A stretch of 64,000 nt of DNA, taken from a virus. Under the pieces are notes generated by a model. It was not told where the DNA came from. It searched no databases and was given only the letters and a program-made list of their open reading frames with translations. The position numbers and the translations under genes are program-made. Location: the IMG/VR virus record IMGVR_UViG_3300045988_182694, positions 5,939-69,938 of that record; one strand, written 5' to 3'. Below are positions 1 through 8,658 of the stretch, piece by piece. Each line of letters begins with the position of its first letter. Position 1 is the stretch's first letter.

Positions 1-128
1 GACAGCTACCCCAAGATTGGGATAACTGTCTGAATTTATGTGGTGACTTGGAAAACGGAGATAATCTCCTTTATAAAAATAGCTTCGTAATTATAATTCT
101 ATACTACCACAGTTTGATATTTTGTCAA
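1..128 (-). promoter_or_regulatory. Promoter-leader-hairpin module, copy A (cut by window edge); fires leftward out of the window
   Basis: Minus sense: TTGACA (123-128), 17 nt, AGTATAGAATTATAAT; palindrome GGAGATTATCTCC (57-69); hairpin 1-30. Near-identical to 9 other minus-strand copies. Confidence 0.6.
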
Positions 129-176
129 TCATTTTAGGCACCAAATTGCGTTTATTACATTTGCACTGTTTTTTGA

Positions 177-290
177 TTTTAGTCGGGATTTCCGAATTTT
201 CAAATTGCAATTTTAGTCGGGAAATCAGAGTTATAAGAACTAAACTTTAGTCGGGAAAAACCGAATAAAAATTTGAGATTTTAGTCGGGA
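177..290. repeat. Four direct repeats (T/C)TTTAGTCGGGA at an exact 34-bp period (iteron-like)
   Basis: Copies start at 177, 211, 245 and 279. They lie in a non-coding gap between terminator 384-408 and promoter copy A. Confidence 0.8.
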
Positions 291-383
291 GAACAGGAAC
301 AAACATAGTCCATGAAAACCGCATAACCAAGCCATTTTCGAGCGTTTTCTTTCTTTCAAATTCAGCAAAAATTGAGAAAAAAA

Positions 384-408
384 GAAAAGCCCCCGAAGGA
401 GCTTTTCT
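384..408 (-). terminator. Intrinsic terminator after CDS 444-1847
   Basis: Minus sense GAAAAGCTCCTTCGGGGGCTTTTC followed by a T-run. Confidence 0.7.
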
Positions 409-443
409 TAGTGGAAAAATCAGTGCTTTGCTGTGAAAAGTTT

Positions 444-1847
444 TCAGGAAAGATGCTCACCCATGAACTTGGCAAAATCATCCCAGAATCCGAAAAAACG
501 ATTGCGGATAAGAGTGGGGCGATTGCCGGCAGTGATATGTCCATCGGTTTCTTCGGCATTCAAGATGCCCCAGAGCTTAACAAGCAGCAGCTTGTACTCA
601 GCGCTCTTTGGAACGATGTGCTGGTCCTCAACCATATTGTCCCAAAGAGTCCGCAACATCTCACGGTCCTTTGACTTGGCAAAATCAGCCGTTCGGCAGT
701 ACAGCCAAATGGTCTTGAAGTCCCAGAAGGCTTCACTTTCCGATGACTCCTCCTTGGAGGTATTCTTGCCGCCAGTGACTTCCTGCTTCTTGCCATCGAC
801 ATCAATGACAACGCCAGTATCGGAGTTACGTGCAATAGCATGGATACGCAGGTCCTCAATGAGATTGGTCAGCGCCAAATTCAGAAGCACGTTCCAGTAG
901 CCGTTCATGCTCATGGAAGAAAACCGGCTGAAGTCTCTGTCATGGATGATTTCAGGGATGGCTTCGACGAGGCAGTGCAGGTTCCCCAGCCGCGAAGAGA
1001 CACGGTTGAAATCCGCAACGTCCATGGTGAACAGGTCGCCCTTGTAACCGAGTGCCTTCGCCAGACCGTCAGAGACCTCGTAGTGCTTCTCCACGTGGAT
1101 GAGGTTGTCCTCGTCGTCATCCTCACCGGCACTGTCCTCCATGCCTAAATCGGTGAAGAAAGCAACGACTCCCTCAGGAGTCCATGAGTGTGTCGCATCC
1201 TCCCGAAGCGCGTTGAATACCCGAACAGCCAGATTGTTGTTGCCTTCACACACGGCGAGAATTTCGTTCCATGTGTACGAGGCAAACGGCGCCACTCTGC
1301 AATCCTTGCCGGTGATGTAGCAAACCAAATCAGGGAAGGTCGCAGCATTGTAGACATTGATGTAGCCATTCAGCCACTTCCCGTCCTTGCCAAACGGCTT
1401 GCCGTCCTTTATGCTGCAGATGCCCATGACCAGCAGGAGGTGAAGCTCAAGCATAGACAAAGGAATGAGCTTTTCCTTGGTCTGATGCAGCCGTTCACGA
1501 ATATAGCGCTCCGCCAGTTCCGTGGCAGTCACATTCACGACAACGCCCTTCTCAGCCTCGGCAAAGAAAACGTCGCTCGCCTCGGAAGTAGGCAGCACGT
1601 AGCCGCGTTCCTTTACATAGGCCCGAAAAACGTTATCGTATATTCTGATGCCCCTCTTATTTTTTACATCGCCCTCCGGGACGAATCGGCATGATATATG
1701 CCTGAAAACATCACTCTGCATAATGTCTTCGTATGCCTTTGCAGAGTCGATGAGGTCGCCATCCACTACGATACGGTGGTTGTCTTCCATTTTTTTCAGC
1801 TTCTTCTCAGAAAACCCGAATAGAGAGTTGTAGCAAAAATGATTCAT
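444..1847 (-). CDS. Hypothetical protein (467 aa)
   Basis: Long ORF with AGGAGA RBS about 7 nt before the ATG at 1847. Last gene of its operon. No domain recognised. Confidence 0.75.
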   Translation of the reverse strand: MNHFCYNSLFGFSEKKLKKMEDNHRIVVDGDLIDSAKAYEDIMQSDVFRHISCRFVPEGDVKNKRGIRIYDNVFRAYVKERGYVLPTSEASDVFFAEAEKGVVVNVTATELAERYIRERLHQTKEKLIPLSMLELHLLLVMGICSIKDGKPFGKDGKWLNGYINVYNAATFPDLVCYITGKDCRVAPFASYTWNEILAVCEGNNNLAVRVFNALREDATHSWTPEGVVAFFTDLGMEDSAGEDDDEDNLIHVEKHYEVSDGLAKALGYKGDLFTMDVADFNRVSSRLGNLHCLVEAIPEIIHDRDFSRFSSMSMNGYWNVLLNLALTNLIEDLRIHAIARNSDTGVVIDVDGKKQEVTGGKNTSKEESSESEAFWDFKTIWLYCRTADFAKSKDREMLRTLWDNMVEDQHIVPKSAEYKLLLVKLWGILNAEETDGHITAGNRPTLIRNRFFGFWDDFAKFMGEHLS

Positions 1848-1867
1848 TCTTTTTCTCCTTTCCTTTT

Positions 1868-2452
1868 TCAGCGGAACACGCCGACCTTCAGAGCTTCAAT
1901 GGGCAGAGAAAACTCAGGCCCAGTCTCACCGTTGGAGTCAGTGGCATACAACCACGCAGCTTCGACGCCATTTTTATCGACGCCGGTGCGTACCACAGTG
2001 ACGACCTCGCCATCACAGCAGCAAAGCATACCTTCGCTGTTGAATAGCTCATAGTAAGTCGGTTCGCTGCCGTCAGGGAAGGTCTCAACTTCCAGCTTAT
2101 TGGGTGCTACGCTCATATTGCAGTCATTGATGACCTTCAACGAGATACCGATGCGCTCGCCGGCTTCGAGGTTGAACTCTCCGCAGGAAGTGGATTCATC
2201 GGAAAAGGAAAACAGCTTTGTTTTCCCGTTCGTCCGGAAGCTCTTCTCGGCTTCATCCACCTTCTTGCGGATGGCACTGAACATGGCATTGACCTGTTCC
2301 TCAGTGTAGTACCCGCTATAACGGGTAGACAGGCACTCCAGCATATCCAGACCGTCCAGAATACGTCCGACACGCTTTTCGGCGGTTCTGATGAACATAT
2401 CCCGTTTTGCCTTGGCTATTTCTTCGGCGGAACGAGTTGCTTTACGTCCCAT
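1868..2452 (-). CDS. Hypothetical protein (194 aa)
   Basis: ORF with GAAAGGAGAAAGAT RBS. Confidence 0.7.
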   Translation of the reverse strand: MGRKATRSAEEIAKAKRDMFIRTAEKRVGRILDGLDMLECLSTRYSGYYTEEQVNAMFSAIRKKVDEAEKSFRTNGKTKLFSFSDESTSCGEFNLEAGERIGISLKVINDCNMSVAPNKLEVETFPDGSEPTYYELFNSEGMLCCCDGEVVTVVRTGVDKNGVEAAWLYATDSNGETGPEFSLPIEALKVGVFR

Positions 2453-2464
2453 ATCTTTCTCCTT

Positions 2465-2698
2465 TCACCAGTTGTCGCCCGTGCGTTCCCGCAGGATGAC
2501 AAGTTTTGTGTCCACGATTTTGCAATCACAATACACCTTCAGCCTTTCCCCAAGCAGGCCCTTCAGCTCCGGTGTTGCCTGAAGAAGTGTCGGCTGGATG
2601 CAGCCGCACTCGCTCATTGCCAGAAACGGAGCATCGGGAGGAAAGATTGGCCGCTGGATTTTGACTTTGTATACGCGGTCATCAGCCTTCTTACTCAT
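2465..2698 (-). CDS. Hypothetical protein (77 aa)
   Basis: Start refined to ATG 2698, which overlaps the upstream stop (ATGAGTAA). The rest of the track ORF is overlap. Confidence 0.55.
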   Translation of the reverse strand: MSKKADDRVYKVKIQRPIFPPDAPFLAMSECGCIQPTLLQATPELKGLLGERLKVYCDCKIVDTKLVILRERTGDNW

Positions 2699-3497
2699 GG
2701 ACGACCTCCACTTCCGGCGCATCGAAACGACTGTCTTTATACAGTGTGATGTCGTTTTTGACCAGCCGAATCGACGTGACCAGTGAGGTGAGCTCATGCG
2801 CCCCTGCCCACTTCTTCTCGAAATCCATCAGCGTATAATCGCCATTTACATTCGAGAAGGGGATGGACAGAATTTCACTTCCCGCATCGTAAGAAACGGC
2901 GGGTACGGTGGCAGCCAGAGCGTCCCAATCCTCACGCAGCATACGCTGGACGTTCTCGCAGACGGAGTTGAAGAAGTTTGTACCGCAAGAGCCACGGGTT
3001 GTGAAATCGAAATACAGATAGCTTACAAAGCCATCCATCGTATTCAGCCGCACTTCTGTCGTGAATCGCTGCTCGGCATTGCCGGCCCCGATGACAGGAG
3101 TCTCACAGCGAGGCAGCCAGCATCGTGCCTCAGGGTTTTTGTAGATGATATAGAAGCACTCAATATCACCATACGACCCGTCAGGCAGGGAAGACACGCA
3201 GTTTTTCGTCGCCAGATATTTCGCACAAGGTGCAAACAGCAACGCATGGAAAATCTGTTTTTCCTCAGAAACACCCTTGTCGAACTGCAGCGCTGAAACC
3301 AGTTCACCGGTCTCGACGATGCGGTAGCCCACCATGAGTCCCACGGTGGGCAGGCAGTCCATCACATACTCGCGGTCGTCGATGCGAAAACCATGCAGTG
3401 CAAACGACGGAGTTCCCGGCGCAGCCTCATGGATGCGAGGGTCGAGGAACTCCGCGATTTCACGATGCAAAATAGGCATCTCAACAGTCCTTATCAT
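2691..3497 (-). CDS. Hypothetical protein (268 aa)
   Basis: Start refined to ATG 3497 behind an AAAGGAGAAAAAACT RBS. The upstream part of the track ORF runs through hairpin 3529-3554. Confidence 0.7.
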   Translation of the reverse strand: MIRTVEMPILHREIAEFLDPRIHEAAPGTPSFALHGFRIDDREYVMDCLPTVGLMVGYRIVETGELVSALQFDKGVSEEKQIFHALLFAPCAKYLATKNCVSSLPDGSYGDIECFYIIYKNPEARCWLPRCETPVIGAGNAEQRFTTEVRLNTMDGFVSYLYFDFTTRGSCGTNFFNSVCENVQRMLREDWDALAATVPAVSYDAGSEILSIPFSNVNGDYTLMDFEKKWAGAHELTSLVTSIRLVKNDITLYKDSRFDAPEVEVVHE

Positions 3498-3558
3498 AGT
3501 TTTTTCTCCTTTCAGCCCCGCGTCCTCTCCAAAAAGAGAGGACGCAGGGGCTTCTGTG

Positions 3559-3879
3559 TTATTCGTAAAATTCGGCTTCCCGCACGGGAGGCCACACATA
3601 GTTAAAGGGATACATTCCGCGATACTTGTGTGAAAACGCTCGTTTTGCGGCCTCAGCGTTCTTGTACCCGTACCCCTGCGCGTCATCGTAGATAATGCCG
3701 ATGTTCTCCGCATCCACTACGATATAACGATACAGTGCCGCACCATCATAGCGATGCGGGTACAGCCTCGCAGAGACAACACAAGGTTTCGGGTCTACCA
3801 CCGCAATGGGCAGCAACGTGACAGTGCCGCAAATGGCATTCTTGAGATAACGCTTGTCAGGGAATCTCAGAATACTCAT
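3559..3879 (-). CDS. Hypothetical protein (106 aa)
   Basis: ORF; ATGA overlap with the upstream gene. Confidence 0.65.
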   Translation of the reverse strand: MSILRFPDKRYLKNAICGTVTLLPIAVVDPKPCVVSARLYPHRYDGAALYRYIVVDAENIGIIYDDAQGYGYKNAEAAKRAFSHKYRGMYPFNYVWPPVREAEFYE

Positions 3880-4301
3880 GCCTCATCACCGCCGCTGACC
3901 GCCTCGTAGTTGAGACGCGCCTGCAGGATGTTCAGCACTTTCTCGACGGCGTTCTGCCACGTGGAGTTCACGTCATTGTTGCAGTCAGCATCGTGCTCGA
4001 ACTGAGCGACGATATCGTTCAGCACATAGTTCGGAGACTCCTCATCGACCAGAGATGCCGGCTCAGTGTCACCGAACTTTTCCTTGAAGCTCTCCAGCTT
4101 CTCGGCGTCGTCCTCGTTATCGGGGTCGAAGTCACTGACATCGAAACCCAGATATGTGCAGAGCTGGCCTTCCGCATCCATCAGCCGGTAGTATCGCTCC
4201 TGTTCACGATACGCGGTCTCCAGCTCGCTGCGGGTCAGCTCGATTTCGAAAGTGATAGTGGCCTTGGGGTCGGGAATCGGAATATTACGGGTGATAGTCA
4301 T
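3876..4301 (-). CDS. Hypothetical acidic protein (141 aa)
   Basis: Start refined to ATG 4301 behind a GAAAGGAGAAAAAAC RBS. Confidence 0.65.
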   Translation of the reverse strand: MTITRNIPIPDPKATITFEIELTRSELETAYREQERYYRLMDAEGQLCTYLGFDVSDFDPDNEDDAEKLESFKEKFGDTEPASLVDEESPNYVLNDIVAQFEHDADCNNDVNSTWQNAVEKVLNILQARLNYEAVSGGDEA

Positions 4302-4333
4302 GTTTTTTCTCCTTTCTTTCAAAAAGCTGGCGC

Positions 4334-4777
4334 TCAGGCCAGCAGTGACATACCAAGCCGAACAGTCTTCAGAGGAAACTGGTCGGCATCGAGACGGAAT
4401 GTTGTACCGCAGTCGGAGCAACGGGCTTCGGGTCCATAGGCACTTCCGTGCTTCGGGCCGAACTTCAGGCTTCCGCAGATGGGGCAGGTGGCACAGAGCA
4501 GAGTGGCTCCTCGTACCTGAATATCCAGAACGCTGGTGCCGGCAGGTGAGTTCGTCCAGCCCGCCAGATAAGCAGGGGAGACGCCCAGTACCTCGGCGAA
4601 GCGTTCCAAAGTCTTCAGGGGGATATTCTCCACTCGCCCAGACTCATACTTGTAGATGGTCTGTGGAGTCACCTCACACCTTTCTGCAAGCTGACTCTGA
4701 GATAGTTCCAGAGACAGCCGTGCATTTTTAATGCGGACAGCAGCAAGCGGCAGGGAAGTGGTTTGAGAAGTGCTCAC
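4334..4777 (-). CDS. XRE-family helix-turn-helix (HTH) regulator with C-terminal Cys-rich (zinc-ribbon-like) region
   Basis: HTH pattern LSQSQLAERCEVTPQTIYKYESG; C-terminal CATCPICG...CSDCG. Confidence 0.7.
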   Translation of the reverse strand: MSTSQTTSLPLAAVRIKNARLSLELSQSQLAERCEVTPQTIYKYESGRVENIPLKTLERFAEVLGVSPAYLAGWTNSPAGTSVLDIQVRGATLLCATCPICGSLKFGPKHGSAYGPEARCSDCGTTFRLDADQFPLKTVRLGMSLLA

Positions 4778-5397
4778 ACCGCATCTCCTTCCTCAAGGGG
4801 CTGCCAATAAGCAGTCATCTTGTAGAAGGAAATGAACGGCTTCTCCAATCCGTTTGCCTTGGCAAATGCTTTCGCTGCCGCCTCGTCCTTGAATACGATG
4901 GAGTCCTGAATGCACTCGTTGAAACGAATGCTGTAGGAACCCACAGAAGGGACAACGGAGAGGTCGATACCAAGCGTCTTATCCTGCTGGTTCAGCAGAA
5001 AGACGTAGGTACAGAACACGCTTTTGACCTTCTCCAACATACCGGTGTCCTCGATGTTGATGCCACGGGACTCGTACACCTCTGAGATGCGCTCATAGCC
5101 CATTTCTTTGAAAGCCTCGCGGATGCGGGGGTCAAAGCAGAAATGGGTGACACGCAGAATCTCGCCCTCCATCTTCATAATCCGGTCGTCGATGGTAACG
5201 TCCTGATTAAAAGCGGAGCAGGCGTCTTTCACAGCGTGTTCCAGCCAGTTGGAAATGCCATCAATGTTTCCCTCCGCAGCGGAGATAATTTTCTTGATGG
5301 GGATTCTTACAATCTTGTTTACGACAAGATTGCAGAAGGCCAGATAGAAGCCGGTCTCGTTCAGTGCTTCAACGACCGTCTTGAAGTTCTTGGTCAT
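4774..5397 (-). CDS. Hypothetical protein (207 aa)
   Basis: ORF with RBS; ATGA-type overlap with the downstream gene. Confidence 0.7.
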   Translation of the reverse strand: MTKNFKTVVEALNETGFYLAFCNLVVNKIVRIPIKKIISAAEGNIDGISNWLEHAVKDACSAFNQDVTIDDRIMKMEGEILRVTHFCFDPRIREAFKEMGYERISEVYESRGINIEDTGMLEKVKSVFCTYVFLLNQQDKTLGIDLSVVPSVGSYSIRFNECIQDSIVFKDEAAAKAFAKANGLEKPFISFYKMTAYWQPLEEGDAV

Positions 5398-5439
5398 GGT
5401 GCTTTCTCCTTTCTTCTTGAGTATAGCGTGCGGGAATGC

Positions 5440-6003
5440 TCAGACACGGTCGTGTACGCAATCACCATTCCCATCAATCACAGAATCGTGCTGGAGGAAG
5501 GTGTCGTGGTACAGTGCCTTGCCAAACGCCTTGCAGACGGGGCATTCCCAGCTCACCTCCGTACCATCGTTGTAGTCGATTTCACGGTCGCCCTGATATT
5601 CGACCTCGGCGCCACACACGGGGCAGACGTCCTCCTCGTCGCCGTTGGGGTGCAGGAACGGGATGCGCTTGCCCTGAGGGTCAGTGAAGGGGACGACTAT
5701 GCGCTGAATAACGGCCAACAGAACGTCGATGTCGGCGTTTGCCATCATCAGTGCGATACGTCCGACCTCCAGCTTGAAATCCTCGGAAAAGATGTTCCCT
5801 TGGATAGTCGCAGCGATAGCCGCAGGATGCGCCATGGCCGCGACGGTATCACGTCCCAGCGAAATGAGGGCGTTGAGTGCCATAATGAACACGGTATGAC
5901 CGGATTCGGTATAGGCCTTGTCAAGCTCCTCATAGGCGGTGGCATCGTGATTCTTTCGACGCTGTGCGTCTAAACGGGCAATTTCATTAGGATAGTCAGT
6001 CAT
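5440..6003 (-). CDS. Hypothetical protein with CxxC...CxxC motif (187 aa)
   Basis: First gene after module B with GGGAGAAAGGAGAAATTC RBS; CPVCG...CPVCK. Confidence 0.75.
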   Translation of the reverse strand: MTDYPNEIARLDAQRRKNHDATAYEELDKAYTESGHTVFIMALNALISLGRDTVAAMAHPAAIAATIQGNIFSEDFKLEVGRIALMMANADIDVLLAVIQRIVVPFTDPQGKRIPFLHPNGDEEDVCPVCGAEVEYQGDREIDYNDGTEVSWECPVCKAFGKALYHDTFLQHDSVIDGNGDCVHDRV

Positions 6004-6073
6004 GAATTTCTCCTTTCTCCCTGCCTATGATAAGGACTTATGGGAACACAAATGTATGAAAATATATAAAAAA

Positions 6074-6203
6074 GACAGCTATCCCCGAAACGGGATAACT
6101 GTCTGAATTTACGTATGGTGACTTGGAAAACGGAGATAATCTCCTTTATAAAAATAGCTTCGTAATTATAATTCTATACTACCACAGTTTGATATTTTGT
6201 CAA
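6074..6203 (-). promoter_or_regulatory. Promoter-leader-hairpin module, copy B
   Basis: -35 TTGACA at 6198-6203 (minus sense); hairpin 6074-6103 followed by U6 in minus sense. Confidence 0.65.
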
Positions 6204-6215
6204 TCATTACAGAGC

Positions 6216-6244
6216 CAAAAAAAAAGAAGCCCTTTCGGGCCTCT
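6216..6244 (-). terminator. Intrinsic terminator after CDS 6249-6476
   Basis: Minus sense AGAGGCCCGAAAGGGCTTCT plus T9. Confidence 0.75.
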
Positions 6245-6248
6245 TTAA

Positions 6249-6476
6249 TTACTTCTTAGAGCGCTTTTCCATCTTTGCTACAAGTTCAGCAAGCTGCTGC
6301 TTCGTTTCGCCACGGACGATTCCCTCGAAAATCTCCCACACACCATCCTTACGCTTGTAAACTGAAGTCGGTGGAGCCTTCTCTTTACGGGCAGCCGCGA
6401 CTTCATTTTCGATGACGTCCGAAGTGGCGTTCATGAGCCTGTTCCATGCACGGATATAAGGATAATCCATACTCAC
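6249..6476 (-). CDS. Hypothetical protein (75 aa)
   Basis: ORF; overlaps the upstream stop. Confidence 0.6.
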   Translation of the reverse strand: MSMDYPYIRAWNRLMNATSDVIENEVAAARKEKAPPTSVYKRKDGVWEIFEGIVRGETKQQLAELVAKMEKRSKK

Positions 6477-7183
6477 AGATTTCCTTTCATTTTGATTTTC
6501 GGCGCGTACATATCCTTACCTTGTTTCTCATAGAAGAGCGTCTGCGTCTTGTTTGTCCCATCCGGTCTGATGTTCTGATATGATGGATGTTTTGGAAAAG
6601 CCGTCATGAGCTTTCTGAACCGCGCCACCGCCTCTGAAGGCTTGCATTTTGCGGCCACATAGTAGTTCAACGGACTGGCCTGCCCGAATGTCATAACTTC
6701 GGAATGGGGACGCTTCATCATCTCGATGACCTCGTCCGTGAAAGCCCCACGGATTGAATCCGGTGTCTTGGTTCCATCCTCGTTGGCATAGGCTTCCAGA
6801 TTCATCTTATCGAATCGAATGAGAGGGTCGATGATATGCTTGCCATCTACGACGATGAAGCTGTGGTGGGTAGGGACGGCATCGCCTACGAAGAGCCAGC
6901 CGGCATACGGAACGGCGTTCTTCACGCCTGCGGCAACCAGAGCGTCCAGAATGCGCTGGGTGTTCTGATAGCAGTAGCCGACATCGACCTCCGTGGCATC
7001 GAAGGCCTGTCGAATGGTGTCGGTCTCTACACCTGAGGGAAATGGAAGTGTGTTGCCGTAGCTAAACACTTCCATTGTCCCCGTCAGCGGATACATCTGT
7101 GAAGGTATCTTAATAGGCTTTTCGCTGAATGACGGGTTGATGTAGATAGCATGAGAGCGTAATACCTCAAGGCTACTTGTCAT
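6473..7183 (-). CDS. Hypothetical protein (236 aa)
   Basis: ORF in operon context. Confidence 0.7.
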   Translation of the reverse strand: MTSSLEVLRSHAIYINPSFSEKPIKIPSQMYPLTGTMEVFSYGNTLPFPSGVETDTIRQAFDATEVDVGYCYQNTQRILDALVAAGVKNAVPYAGWLFVGDAVPTHHSFIVVDGKHIIDPLIRFDKMNLEAYANEDGTKTPDSIRGAFTDEVIEMMKRPHSEVMTFGQASPLNYYVAAKCKPSEAVARFRKLMTAFPKHPSYQNIRPDGTNKTQTLFYEKQGKDMYAPKIKMKGNL

Positions 7184-7853
7184 TTCTATCTACGTCCTCC
7201 TCAGTCTCAGTAGCACTATTAAGTGAATTACAGAGCTTCTTCTCATAGTCGGAAAGCAGAAGTTCTCCAACATTATTGCTTTTGATGCCTACGAGGTCAC
7301 AGATTTCCTGTTTGCTCCAGAAAGCATTTTCCCTGCATTTATAGGTGTCGCCATGTGCCTTCTTGAATATTCTATCCGTTGAAGAGCCGGAGTTGTCATA
7401 AATATGGCAGATGTCGCATAGGTCAACAAAGGCCTGAACCCTTGCCAAAGACTTTTCGTACCGAGACCGAATCTTTTCTTCAGGTACGTCGTGGCCTCCA
7501 GATTGAACACGTTCCCATACACGAAGTACGTTTACGGATGCGTCTTTCGTAAGAACGAAAAAGCCTTTTATGAAATACCCATGCTCTTTTGCATATTTTA
7601 GAAATTCCAGTTTTTTATTCGTGGACAAAACTGTCTCGAAGGTAAAATCTTCGCCCCATTCTACACACTGTAAGCGCATTGCATCAGCCTTCTGTGCCGC
7701 TTCCAAATCGCTGCATCCAGTTTCTTTTTTGATGTCGTCTGCGTTGATATACGGGGGTAGTATATCTACTCTACTTGTAAGTGAGCTTTTACCTGACCCG
7801 TTAGGCCCAGCGAAAACGATAATGCAAGGTTTCCGCTGTTTCTCATTTGACAT
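7173..7853 (-). CDS. Zeta-toxin-like / P-loop kinase family protein (226 aa)
   Basis: Walker A FAGPNGSGKSS near the N-terminus, then ...FETVLS.... Start refined to ATG 7853 (GGGAGA RBS), overlapping the upstream stop. Confidence 0.6.
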   Translation of the reverse strand: MSNEKQRKPCIIVFAGPNGSGKSSLTSRVDILPPYINADDIKKETGCSDLEAAQKADAMRLQCVEWGEDFTFETVLSTNKKLEFLKYAKEHGYFIKGFFVLTKDASVNVLRVWERVQSGGHDVPEEKIRSRYEKSLARVQAFVDLCDICHIYDNSGSSTDRIFKKAHGDTYKCRENAFWSKQEICDLVGIKSNNVGELLLSDYEKKLCNSLNSATETEEDVDRNDK

Positions 7854-8058
7854 ACTCGATTCTCCCATCCGGATACAGTAAATAGGCACACTTTTTCTCT
7901 GCATCATAGCGAGCAACAGGAATACCTTTCATTTTTGCCCGTTGATAGGCTTCAAAGGCTACCGACGAAATCCGACGGTCCATTTCCGCATCCTCTTCGT
8001 CACAGTGAGGGTCTTCATATAGGCAAGTTTTGGATACGCCCTTTACGAATTCTTCCAT
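7843..8058 (-). CDS. Small acidic protein upstream of the zeta-like kinase (71 aa); candidate antitoxin partner
   Basis: ORF with AAAGGAGGATACAACT RBS, translationally coupled to 7173-7853. Confidence 0.55.
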   Translation of the reverse strand: MEEFVKGVSKTCLYEDPHCDEEDAEMDRRISSVAFEAYQRAKMKGIPVARYDAEKKCAYLLYPDGRIEYVK

Positions 8059-8088
8059 AGTTGTATCCTCCTTTCAATTTTCAACTCT

Positions 8089-8118
8089 ATTATAGCCCAT
8101 TTGTACGCTCTCTGTCAA
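8089..8118 (-). promoter_or_regulatory. Sigma-70-type promoter for the 8058-7173 gene pair
   Basis: Minus sense TTGACA (8113-8118), 18 nt, TATAAT (8089-8094). Confidence 0.6.
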
Positions 8119-8191
8119 ACAGACTATGTATAGAAAGAGAGGACTGCTGCAAACAACAGCCCCCTCCAAGGTTATAAAATCTCCTTTCTGC

Positions 8192-8644
8192 TCAAAATGG
8201 CAAACCAAGAGGCACATCTGTCGAAGGCAGAGATGTGTTCTCAACAGTGGCCTTCTGCTGCATTGCCTTCAGAATAGCGTTCTGTTGCTGCAACAACGCA
8301 TTCTGTTGGGAAATGAGAGAATTCTGTTTTGCCATAAGCTGTAGTGCCGAGTTGTAGAAGGCTCGTGCGGGAACAGCCGGATATGCCGCCTCATCGGGGA
8401 TGTCTTTTATCTGCTGGGTCTCAGATTGACCCAGCAGATAATCAACAGAGACATTGTAAACATCCGCAATTTTAGCGAAGTAATCAATGCTCGGCACGAT
8501 ACGCCCACGCAGCCACGTTGAGACAGCTTCCGGAGCAACACCGATAATCCTCGCAGCTTCCGTCACGGAGTCGCCGTTGTCTTCCATCAAAGACGTAAAA
8601 CGTTCGACAAAAGACTTTTTGAGCTTTTCCAAAAAGGCATCCAT
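8192..8644 (-). CDS. XRE-family HTH regulator with Q-rich C-terminus (150 aa)
   Basis: Pattern VTEAARIIGVAPEAVSTWLRG...DYLLG. Start refined to ATG 8644 (AAGGGAGG RBS). Confidence 0.65.
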   Translation of the reverse strand: MDAFLEKLKKSFVERFTSLMEDNGDSVTEAARIIGVAPEAVSTWLRGRIVPSIDYFAKIADVYNVSVDYLLGQSETQQIKDIPDEAAYPAVPARAFYNSALQLMAKQNSLISQQNALLQQQNAILKAMQQKATVENTSLPSTDVPLGLPF

Positions 8645-8658
8645 TGTGGGCACCTCCC

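Noticed and set aside
6074-6103. The idea that the module hairpin acts on plus-sense transcripts or as a plus-strand terminator. Also a plus-strand TTGGAA-N17-TATAAA promoter-like match inside the module.
   Set aside because: In plus sense the variable positions give C.A mismatches and no U-tract follows. The plus-strand promoter-like match would only make a short antisense RNA. It cannot be excluded, but it is the weaker reading.
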